A DNA stretch of 64,000 bases from Okamejei kenojei (taxonomy: Eukaryota): NCBI GenBank assembly GCA_035221665.1, contig CM069155.1, forward strand, positions 30,566,001 to 30,630,000. Reading direction: 5' to 3'. The notes under the pieces are model-generated. The model saw nothing but the letters and a program-made list of their open reading frames with translations, was not told where the DNA came from and ran no database searches. A program made the position numbers and the translations under genes. Shown here one piece after another: positions 11,906-22,809 of the stretch. Every line of letters begins with the position of its first letter. Position 1 is the first letter of the stretch.

Positions 11906-14051
11906 ACCCCCCCCCCCCCCCACCCCCATCCTTTCGCCACTTCAATTGTTTACAATTTTGCACTATTTCTGTGGATGTGCCGAAAGTATATCAGGCTACT
12001 GCTGGGACGTCGGGATTTTCACTCCCTCAACAACCTACTCGCATTGACCAAGATTCCGGCCGGTTCACAGGAAGAACAAATTCAAAAGTCTGCTGAACAA
12101 CTTCATCCTCCTCGCGATACATTCACATGAGCAAGGTCAAGGGTGCTAAAGTCACACAATGTGCAAGTTCATTAAATGCATGTTCCAACAAATAACGACA
12201 GTTATTATGAATGAATGTTTATCGTTACACCAAGCCGAAGAAGACATTTCAGTTCGAAAGAAATGTCCCCAGATGTATCCAGGCCAATACCTTACTGCCT
12301 TTGGGTACTGGGGTTATGAAACGTAAGATATCAATGCAAATTCCCTCTTAGTGTAAATAAAATCCATTGTCTTCTCAAGGAATGAAGTCAGACTGCTGAA
12401 GCCAGTTCGCCCTACTCTATTGAGCAAAACACAAAACACAAAATGCAGGAGGATCTCGGAGGATCAGGCAGCATCTTGGAAGGTAATGAACAGGTTCATT
12501 CGCTTCACAGCTGCTGCCTGGCCCACTGTGTTCCCCAGCACTTCGTGTTTTATTCAGGATTTAAGCATCTGCAGTTATTGTACGGTCCTTCCCTTGCTAT
12601 CTTAAAGCACAGTTCACGCGGTCCTCGTTTCAATAGATCTAAATGCTGTTAATACTGTCGCACCAAAAGGGAATGTTTTTGACAGGGTCCTGAAAAAGCA
12701 CGGATTTTTGATGTTTAAATTGTTTTCTATAATTGCGGAGTTGGATATCAGATGCATCCGCTGCAAATTGTACGGACGCTGATACAATGGTGGGACTGCA
12801 ACCTTCATTCACAAATTAATTCCTGAGTTACGGAGGTTGTACTACAAAGAGAAGTTATACTGGCCGGGGCTGCGCTGTGAAAACATGGACAATAATTGGA
12901 ACATAAATATTTCCTATTGCCTATGACAGTTTTAGAGACCGGGATGCGGGTTCTAGGCTTGGAATTCTCGAAGGGAGGGGACGATGTCAAGACTGAGGTG
13001 AAAATAAATTTAGTTATTAGATGGCGCTGAATTATTTGAAATCTCAACCCAAGAGCGCTGTTGGAGCCCATCCGCCGACTATGTGTGACGTAGAGGTTAC
13101 GTTACGGGTTTCAAGGCATATTCTATTTGAATGTTCTATTAGAATGTTCTAATTTTGGAGATGAGTGAAACTTGCAACAATTTCATACACCAGCCCCTGC
13201 AACATCAATGGAAAAATGCTCACCATAGTGTTTGCTGTGAAATAAAATGCGACGTGTACAGGTTTTATAATTGCGGTTTTGGTATTTGCTGACTGAGTTT
13301 GAGCACGCGAGTCAATTCAAAATGTATTTCCTCGTCGAACGTTACGGCGAAGATCCTCATAGGACATTGCTACTTCAAACAATTCTCTACTTTCATCGGT
13401 GCTTCAGTTTTGGCTTCGATACTGACACCGCTATTTTTTTCTTTGAATCTATCACACCCTATGCTACATCCATTCCCGTCTCCTCTCAAAGTTGACCTAA
13501 CCATTCCCGTCTCCTCTCAAAGTTGAAATGCTCGGTAAGAGGATCATCTAATAAGTGACTCCGAGATCCGCTCCACGTTTTTAACACGCAAACATGGAGA
13601 CTGCATATGCTGAAACCTAGAGCAAACAAAAGCAAACTGGTGGACAAACTCAATGGACCAGGCGCCATCTGTGTACGTAACACATTGGAATTAGGACCTT
13701 GTCACGATGCTGGGGACTCAACCTGAAATGTCTCCACAGATGTTGCCTAACTCGCTGAGCGCCTCAGCCAGTTTGTTTATTTGCCCCAAGTTTTTTATCA
13801 CGCTGCGTAAAAGGAAATGCAGTCCGTTTTCTTTAAATCTCACCAGTGGCTATTCACCTACCCTGTATTAATACATTATAATGGCGTCAGTTTCTATTTA
13901 TATTCACAAAGCAAATTGTGGTTTGTTTTATACGCTTCCGTATTATTGCAAGAATTGGAGGACTACTTGTTGAACGTTTTGAACATCGGTTAAAATTGAA
14001 AGCTGGTGATTTGTCAAATGTCATTTTTCAGATAGCTATTATTTTACTTAC

Positions 14052-14393
14052 TACTCAGATTCAGTTTGGTTCCTTTCCCGAATGTAAATACACCAGAACG
14101 TTCCACTAGACAGTAATAATCAGCGACATCCTCAGCTCGCAAGTTGGTGATGGTCAGGTGCATCTTGTTGTTTGGCTCATCGACGGTACCGGTGAATCGA
14201 TCTGGAATTCCAGAAGCTCTGGTGCTCTCATACCACACAAAGACCGGGGCGCTGCCTGGCTTTTGCCAGTACCAGCTCGTGTAGTAGCCGCTCATCTGGC
14301 CTCCTGACATAGTACAAGTGATCTTGACAGTTTTCCCCAGAGAAGTCGAGATGGGCGTGGAGCCCCGAGTTAACAAAATCTCTGCGATTGAAG
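14052..14393 (-). CDS. IGLV: Ig light chain cluster 1, germline-joined V-J exon
   Basis: Open frame (T)SIAEILLTRGSTPISTSLGKTVKITC...WYWQKPGSAP...GIPDRFTG...DYYC-LVERSGVFT-FGKGTKLNLS, then a GTAAGT donor. Canonical Cys/Trp/Cys and FGxG are present; no RSS or spacer separates V and J. Confidence 0.96.
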
Positions 14394-14485
14394 CTGGTGA
14401 AATAAAAAAATAATATTAAACATGCAATCTATCAGCAGAATGCAAAGAGCAGCTGCCTGGTGATTAGGTTTTCTACTCTACTTAC

Positions 14486-14534
14486 TATGGAAACAGAACA
14501 CGAATGTGGCTAGAACGCGAATCCATTCAGACAT
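14486..14534 (-). CDS. Ig light chain (lambda/type II) cluster 1, leader exon
   Basis: ATG at 14534 reads MSEWIRVLATFVFCFH plus 1 nt, then a GTAAG donor. Phase-1 intron of 92 nt ends in TTTATTTCACCAG and splices in frame to the V exon. Confidence 0.93.
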
Positions 14535-14609
14535 GGTGAAGGAGGTTGCGAGGATCAGAAATTGAATGTTTTTCGACAGAGGTCCGTTTCTGGTTCTTTA
14601 GAAATCTCC

Positions 14610-14692
14610 CCTTAAGAACTCCTCAATATCACAGCGTCACAGAGTTTTAATTATTTATGCAAATCTCTAACCACGTAACATCGAATTACTGG
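14610..14692 (-). promoter_or_regulatory. Cluster 1 Ig light-chain promoter (octamer ATTTGCAT at 14657-14664)
   Basis: Octamer in light-chain orientation ~125 bp upstream of the ATG. Flanking ACGTGG, GTGACG and TTAA blocks are shared with the cluster 2 and 3 promoters. Confidence 0.85.
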
Positions 14693-16334
14693 ATCATTGT
14701 TGAGTGATATTGACAAATCATCGGGCTTTTTTCTCGCTTGGGCGTAGGGTAGAGGGCGGAGGGTATAGGTAGAATCGTAGAGGAAAACGGAAGAGTAGCA
14801 AATTGCATGGCCAGATGTAGAAACTGCTATGTAGTCAGTGGGTAAGTTTTGTTAAGTCAATAAAGCTTCACCAGAACCAAAGAAACCAGCTCTTCACAGA
14901 TGCTACCGAGTGTACCACCATTTACTATTTTTATATCAGATTTCCAATGTCGCAATTTTATTTTAATTTTCAACTTCGTATTTCTGGTTGCGAGCTGGAA
15001 AGTGTGAAAAAAATACGTTGAAGATTTTACGAAGATTTTTGAAATTAATTTAAGCCTTAATTTGTGGAAACTTTATAAACTATGATTTTCTTTGCAGTTG
15101 TTACCCATACAGATAAAATGCTATGAATCGTTTAGGCTTTCGATGGCACCGCATAATCTTTGCAGCAAACCACGAGATTCTTTGTTCTTGGAGAGTTTCA
15201 AAACAGTTCACAATGTGTATATGTATATTTTTAGGTTATAATACTGTGTGACGAGCTAACAATTCAGTGGACGTTCCTGCCATTTCCCTTTTCATCGTCG
15301 TAGGACTGAAAGCATTAATACTTCAATTGTCAACTCGAAATGCACAGGGCAGATTGATGGTCAAGAGAAAAGAAGGCGCTGAGTATCATTGCAATGAAGA
15401 TATGAGAAAGACAATTTCGTTTTGCACAATTACATGAAAACACGATAAATCCTTGAAACACATTTGAGAAAATAAAAGGCCCATGGGTAGCTTGAAGGAT
15501 TTGTCATTGTGGGCGATAATATAGTGAACCGTATTTCTGAATGGGTAAAACAACAAATCAGAAAATAAGGACACTTGGAAACTTTGGAGTAAAATTGGCT
15601 CAATTGGGTAGGCTGAGATCATTGTCGAGAAATTACAGAGTTTAGGAAAATAATTTTTAGTGTCACAGAGTCATTCAGGGCTACAGTGTGGAAACAAGCC
15701 CTTTGGCCCAACTTCTCCACACCGGCCAACAATGCCCTAGCTACACGTCCCACTTGCCTGTGTTTGGTCCATATCCCTGCAAACCTGTCCGATCAAAGTG
15801 CCTGTCTAACTATTTCTTAAACCAGTTTGGCCCGTGAGGTCATTCTGAGGACTGGATAGGCACGCGTGACTTGGATTGGTACTGTTTCAGTCTTCAACGC
15901 ACCGGACAGCGGACATAACATTAATGGCTTGGAACCATCTTGTCCTTGAATTGGTACTGGCTAAATGGTTGACATAGCTGCTGATCAGTTCAGTGACGTT
16001 TTCGGACATTATATTGTATGCGGAAGTCACAAACTACACGATCAAGGTCCACCAACCATGTTAGCTTTGCGCTCCGTCGCTTGGTTTCTGCGGGAAATCA
16101 TTATCTCACAGACTTAATTAAGTAGGGGTGTTATTTTAGCTGGCTCTTGATCCATTTCTTTCTTGGTCACAATGTTTTACCTCCCATTATTATTTCAGAT
16201 GTCTTACATCAGCATACCTTCTTTGCAAACAGGAACCACAATCGTCTTCTTTTTAGAAGGTGCATTCTATCGATGGGGATGACAAGCATTAAATATCAGT
16301 GTCAAACCGCATTCAAGAAAATCCAGGGCAATTA

Positions 16335-16575
16335 TTTGAGGTTGAATATTGTAGTGAGCACCGGAGCTAGCTGCGTAGCACGGGACTTAAGAACTCACCC
16401 CGTGATGCCATCTGGGCCTACAGCTTTCCTCGTGCTCACCCGTGTCAGAGCCCTCCTCATGTCGTGCTGGGACAACGAGAATGTGTGCACATTCCTCCCT
16501 TCAGCTTCGATGGCCAGCACGCTGGCGGTGTTGTCGTTAGTCCGCAGACCTGGGGTGATGTTGCCCGTCTCGAAA
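16335..16575 (-). mobile_element. Rex1-like LINE RT fragment
   Basis: DMRRALTRVSTRKAVGPDGITG*VLKSRATQLAPVLT.IFNL. Confidence 0.75.
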
Positions 16576-17351
16576 CAGGGGAAAGATTTTAAAAAATACT
16601 GGGGGTGGGGGGCCATTTTCACACAGTGGGCGGTGGATTTATGGAATAAGCTGTCAGAGGAGGTAGTTGAGGCAGATACCATAACACCATTTCAATGACA
16701 CGGGCAGATGCATGGCCAAAAACGGTTTATGGGGATATGGACCACATAGGCGCACGTGGGACCAGCGTAGATGGGGCATCTTGTTCATGTATTTTCCAAT
16801 AAAACCTGCTGAGATGTTGAAATCAAAAATCAAAACATATTTCCCAGGTCGTTAAGATTGTGGATATTCCATATCGAGATGCTCGATTACTATTACCGAA
16901 AAGCCATCCTGATTACTACGGCTTTTGTTTTAATGTTAATTTGGCATCCATATTTAATAAGATGATGCTTTGAAAGTGTTATAATGAGATAATGCATCCC
17001 GTTACTATTTATAAATTTAGCGTCTTAGTGTAATATTAGCTGCCGTGTTTTCGCGCGCCTATTTACACTCGACTTGGTGTAATATAGTAATAGTACAGAT
17101 ATCTTACGAATTAACTCAAATACATGAAGATCGCGCACTCGGACAACTTAAACTGAATAAAGAGATGTATGAATATTCCAGATTAGATATGCCGAGGCAT
17201 TGTAACCTTAAACAGTACTACAGAGATGGGAGAAGATGGAAGCCAAATGAATGTGGTCACATGTTTACACTAGGTTCAAATGGGGTGGGATATTGCAACC
17301 TTCACGTGGTCCACCCTGCTTCAACTAATACAATCAGCCCGACGAGCACAA

Positions 17352-17423
17352 TCTCTATATCTCCCACTCTATCTCTCCCTCTATCTCTCTCTATCTCTCT
17401 CTCTATCTCTATTTCTCTCTCTA

Positions 17424-17456
<33 letters not shown>

Positions 17457-17541
17457 ATTTCTCTCTATCTCTCCATCTCTCTCTATCTTTCTTTATCTCT
17501 ATCTCTCTCTATCTCTCTATCTCTATCTCTCTCTATCTCCC
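17352..17541 (+). repeat. Imperfect (CT)n/(CTAT)n microsatellite
   Basis: Direct reading. Confidence 0.95.
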
Positions 17542-18247
17542 TTGATCTACAACTTAAGGCTGTGCACGCTATATGCAAGAAGAAGAAGATTAGGTTCGAA
17601 AAAGCAGCATCGTTGTAGATAGTCAGCTTCGCGTGATTGCATTGGGAAGAGTTACAGGAGAGTGATCAGAATGGAGGATGTAATTTAAGTGGCGAGACCG
17701 GATAAACCGCAATGCTTAACCTTGAGGGGAAACAATCATGGTAACCTGAAGGAGAGGTAAATACAATTCTGAAATTCTGGCTGGAATTGCAATGACTAAA
17801 TCCCCCCCCCCCCCCCCCCCCCATCCCCAGTAGAGGTGCTACACGAGAAGGCATCAACGTTGGGCCAATGATAAGAGGAGAGGGGGGGGGGGGGGAGGGG
17901 ATCTTTTCCATTCGCAGGGCGTTGCAGAGGGTCCAGAGGAGGTTTACGAGAATGATCCTAGGGATGAGTGGGTTAACATGTGATGAGCGTTTGACGACAC
18001 TGGGCCTATGCTCGTTGGAGTTTTGAAGGTTGAGGGGACCTCATTGAAACTTACCAAATAGTGAAAGGCCTGGATTGAGTGGACTGAGAGAGGATGGTTC
18101 CACTAGTGGGAGAGTATATGGCCAGCAAGTTCGCTTCAGAATAAAAGAAGAGGAGGTGGAATTTCTTTAGTCAGAGGGTGGTGAAGCTATGAAATTCATT
18201 ACCACAGAAGGTTATGGAGGGCAGGAGGACCTGTTCCGCGCTGCGTC

Positions 18248-18290
18248 ACTAAACTAAACTAAACTAAACTAAACTAAACTAAACTAAACT
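18248..18290 (+). repeat. (ACTAA)n microsatellite, retroposon-tail-like
   Basis: About 8 perfect units. Confidence 0.95.
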
Positions 18291-18603
18291 GTCGCACTGA
18301 TCTACAAGTCCATATATCAAGTGCGATTTACAAGGCACAATGGAAGAAAGTTGGGAACAAGGCCGCTTCTCTTTTTAAACGCTTTTTATTTTAGTGGCTC
18401 TTTGGTTAATTTACTGGCATTTGTAATTATTTTTAATCCTTTGAATTATTTACATAGCTCAAAATAATCAAAAATCACAATAGAAGGCAAATCTATGAAA
18501 TTCATTACCACAGAAGGTTATGGAGGGCAGGAGGTTCGCCCTTCGGAGATACCAACTGCATTTCGTTGTCTCTGTATTGTACACTGCACAATGACAATTA
18601 AAG

Positions 18604-18634
18604 ATTGAATTGAATTGAATTGAATTGAATTGAA
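18604..18634 (+). repeat. (ATTGA)n microsatellite, LINE-tail-like
   Basis: About 6 units following CAATGACAATTAAAG. Confidence 0.9.
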
Positions 18635-19084
18635 GCTGATGACGGGTTCTTCTCTGAGTCATGGTTGGTGTGATTTTTTTCTGGCCTATTCACTTATGTT
18701 TATCATTACCTGCCTTCCTGCTTCGGTTAGATATCACCTGAAACTTCCAGACTTGGGAAAGGTACAGTAAACAGGTAAAACTAGAAGAGCAAATAGTGAC
18801 TAAGGCAACTGGATCCACTCCAGAACATCCGAGCCAATGTTGCTGAGGGATTGTTCAATGATGGGAACATTGTCCATGGACCGTTCCTGTTCCTAAGCTA
18901 AATTCTCCTGAAGGTTTTGACAAAACCAAAACATTAGCTCTGTTCCACAGATGCTGAAAAATCTGAAGGCCTTTTTCATCCTTTGATGATTTTGAAATTA
19001 CATTTTCCCTTGTCTCTAACAGTCCATTATGGCGTTTATGTGGAACAACATTTCTTCCCACTGACCCAGCGGGAGATAACACAT

Positions 19085-19503
19085 TAGGTCTTTATTCTTT
19101 GGAGCGCAGAAGGTTAAGGGGGGACTTGATTGAGGTCTTTAAAATGATGAAAGGGATAGACAGAGTTGACGTGGATACGTTTTTCCCATTGAGGGTAGGG
19201 AAGATTCAAACAAGAGGGCATGACATGAGAGCTAAGGGACAGAAGTTTCGGGGTAACGTGAGGGGGAACTTCTTTACTCAGATGGTGGTGGCTGTGTGGA
19301 ATGAGCTTCCAGCAGAAGTGGTGGAGGCAGGATCGATTTTAACATTTAAGACTAAAGTGGATAGGTATATGGACGTGAAGGGTATGGTCTGAGTGCAGGT
19401 AGATGGGACTAGGGGAAAACAAATTGTCGGCACGGACTGGAAGGGCTGAGAGGGCCTCTTTCCGTGCTGTAATTGTTATATGGTTATATGGTTATATGGT
19501 TAT
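19085..19503 (+). mobile_element. CR1 LINE 3' end
   Basis: LERRRLRGDLIEVFKMMKG...NFFTQMVVAVWNELP; (TTATATGG)n tail immediately before the DIRS left end. Confidence 0.9.
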
Positions 19504-19645
19504 TCATAAGTTATTTTACTTCGGAGTCACGTGAGTGACTACGTGAATAGAAGCCCGTACAGCCGTTGGTGCGTCATGACGTCAGACGCTGGTGCAGTCG
19601 GGCGGTTGGAGCAGCAGCGCTCCTCCGAGCGGTAAGTTTAAACGG

Positions 19646-19779
19646 GTTACACGAAGAGCTGGAGAATTCAGCGGGTGCAGCAGCATCTAAGGAGCGAAGG
19701 AGATGGGCGACATTTCGGGTCGAGACCCTTCTTCAGACTTCACCCTCCATTCTCCAGCATCTGCAGTTTTCGTTAACAG
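19646..19779. mobile_element. Short fold-back element of the same family, inserted in the DIRS 5' region
   Basis: Hammerhead-like core at 19709-19736 (-); GTTTAAACGG duplicated at 19636-19645 and 19780-19789. Confidence 0.7.
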
Positions 19780-21099
19780 GTTTAAACGGAGGTAAGGTTT
19801 GTTGAAATACTTTACCACAGGTCATTTTCTGCGACGGTTGGGAGTAGATATGTTGCAGAAAGTGAAGAAGGTGTCGGCGAGGCGCTCCGGGGGGTAGAAA
19901 GGAGAGTGACCAGGAGAGTGTTGAGGATGGAGGCCCGTCTGGTACACCTGGTCCGGTGCTGGCTACACAGCCAGTGGTTGCGGACCCACTGCCGGGAGGC
20001 AGTGGAGGCTTGTCAGTAGGGCGGAAGGCCACTGGCAAGTCTCTGTGGCCCGTAGATGAGTCGGGCCTGGAGGTTATACCCTCCATAGGAGAGTCCATTT
20101 GCTCACGGCTCTCCCAAGTCGAGATTCTATTACAAAAGAATGCTCGACAGGGACCAGCTCAGTGAGGAGGAGTGGTGCCCAAGCCAGGCTGATGGAGAGC
20201 TTGTGCTAGCAGCACCTGTTTCAGGGCTGCAAAACTATCCTGCCTGTGAGGAGGATGTTCTATCAGGGCCGTTTGCTGACACTGTTTCTATGCTGGAGGA
20301 GAGCAAGGTGTTCGGTTGGAGGTAATTCCGAACATTGCTGGGAAGTTTGCTGAGTGTAGAGAGGCAGGAAAGGCGATTGATGTAGAATTGGCCGAAGCCA
20401 TTCAGTATATGCTCTCCCACCAGTTACAGGAGCTAGCTATGGATGAAGTAGCAAAAAACTATAAAGCTCCTGTTAATTGTGATCTCCTGAAGGTACCGGT
20501 GGTTAATCACCAATTAGCATAGATGGGTTTGCCTGCTAGGGCCCAGGAGATGAAGTTTAAAAAAAGTGCTTAAACTGTTGTAAGCAGGTATTACAGCTGT
20601 GGTGAAAGTTATTGATACAAATGATATGGTTGAAGCACACCAGGATGAACTGGGACTCCTTTGTAATGCATTTTGAAATGAATAATGTCGGGAGGGCCGC
20701 TATTAGGCCAGTGCTAACCCGAATTGGCGAGTTGTGCAAACCGACAGTGTACCACCACGAAATCTGTTGTTTGGTGGTAACCTTGCAAAAAGGGTCAAAG
20801 ACTGTTATGAGGTTGTTATAACCATGGCCCTCATTAAGCCAGCTGGAAGCAAGGCAAAAAAGGTTCTCTACAAGAAGTCGAGGACAACAAAGGCCGCAAG
20901 GAAAGATGCTGGTAAGGAATATAACATTTGACAGACGATGAATTAACTGATGTTCCTGTTCAAATTGGGGAAGGTTAAAATTGTTCTCAAACAATGGCAG
21001 CAGTTGACATCAGATTTGTTCATACTTAGTGTATTGAAGTGGTGAAAAATTGGATTTTACTATGACAGTCTACCTAATCAACATTTTCCTAGTCGTAAA

Positions 21100-22760
21100 C
21101 GTATTTTTCAGATGAGGAAAATGTGCTTATTCAAGCAGAGATTCAGTCATTACATAAGAAGGGGTAATTGAGCCTTCTGTCTATCAAAGTCAACAATTTC
21201 TGTCAAGTATATTTCCCCAGATCTAAAAAAGACTGGGGGATGTAGAATTATTCTGGATTTATCGAATTTGAACAAATTTGTTTGTTATAGGCATTTCAAA
21301 ATGGAGAACTTTACCACGGGCAAACATCCAGTGTCCAAAGGGTATTATATGGCAACCATTGATTTAAAGAATGCGTATTACGCAGTGTCTATTCATGGTT
21401 GATGATAGAAGATATTTGAAATTTATTTGGATGACTGAGCTGTGGCAATTCAGGACATTGCCGAATGGATTAACTTCAGCTCCTAGATTATTTACTAAAT
21501 TGGTAAACCTGTGTTAGCATTGCTTTAGAGCTCAGGGGCATGTGGTAATGGCCTATTTAGATGATTTCTGATTGTTGGAAAGACTCATGCTGAAACTCAA
21601 TCATCAGTTTCAGTTGTTAAAATCACTTTTGAACAAATAGGATTTGTTATTCACCCAGGTAAATCTAAATTATCACCAGTCCAAATTATTGATTATCTGG
21701 GATTTACCATTAATTCCAATCACATGTTGGTAACTTTGTCCAGGGATAAATTGAATCAGTTAATTGAGGACTGTGTTAATCTCGTTGGCGAACAACGGCC
21801 TTTGATTAGACAAGTAGCCAGTTTTATTGGGAAGTTGTTGCAGCCTTTCCAGCTGTGCAGTATTGTCCTCTGCATTATCAACAATTACAACCATCAAAGG
21901 AACAGGCACTGAGAATACAAAGGGGATATTTTTGATAGGCCTATGCAGTTGTCAGCTGGGGCGATTGCTGGACATACAATGGTGGATTAGTACATGTTTC
22001 AAAAAATTTAAGGAAGGTTTCGTGGAATCACCGTCACTGATATTACAGACTGATGTGAGTGCACTGGGTTGGGGTGCAACAGATATGTCTTCTAGTTGTG
22101 GAGGCAGTTGGAATGTGGATGAGACATCGCTTCCTCAATTAAGAGGGATTGATTATTTAGAGTTGTTGGGCACCTGGTATGGGGCTCAAAGCTTATTGTT
22201 CTACAAGGAGGGATCTGCATGTGCAGCTCAGATTCACAACACCACAGCAGTGGCATATGTAAACCACATGGGTGGAGTTAAGTCACAGTCTTGTGATAGA
22301 CTGGCTAACCAGATTTGGAGCTGGTGTATTGACCAAATATCTGGCTTTCAGCACTTTATTAGCCAGGAAGAGAGGTCACGTCAGTTAATGACAACATTGA
22401 ATGGATGTTAAATCAGGATGTGTTTAACCAAATGATTGATCAGTATGCATTGCCAGATATTGACTTGTTTGCATCTCGATTAAATCATCAGTTACCTAGA
22501 TATGTTTCATGGTAACCAGATTACTGGGGCAGTAGCAGTGGATGCATTTTCGCTGCATTGGGGGAGGAATGTTTGTGTATGTATTTCCTTCATTCTGTCT
22601 CATCAGCAGATTGTTTGCAAAAGATCAAGGAGGACACCGCTTCAGGGGTATTGGTAGTGCCAGATTGGCCTACACGAGCATGGTTTCCCGTTGTATTACA
22701 AATGGCTAGGAAGCCTTACATGCTTATGCCCAAGAATAAAAAATCTACTGGTAAATCCAG
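21100..22760 (+). pseudogene. DIRS RT, RNase H and DNA N6-adenine methyltransferase-like domains (frameshifted)
   Basis: GGCRIILDLSNLNKF..YRHFKME, IDLKNAYY, LPNGLTSAPRLFTK, AYLDDFLI; QTDVSALGWG, NTTAVAYVNHMGG; DIDLFASRLNHQLPRYVSW, VDAF, LVVPDWPTRAWFP. Confidence 0.9.
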
Positions 22761-22809
22761 TCACTGGGGATCAACATCCTTTATAGGATCGTATTGATCT
22801 GTTAATTTG

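Noticed and set aside
14052-14393. VJ genes as processed retro-pseudogenes
   Set aside because: Promoter, leader intron and J-C intron are retained, with no poly(A) tail or TSD.
17045-17618. Ser/Leu-rich ORFs
   Set aside because: Translation of the (CT)n microsatellite.
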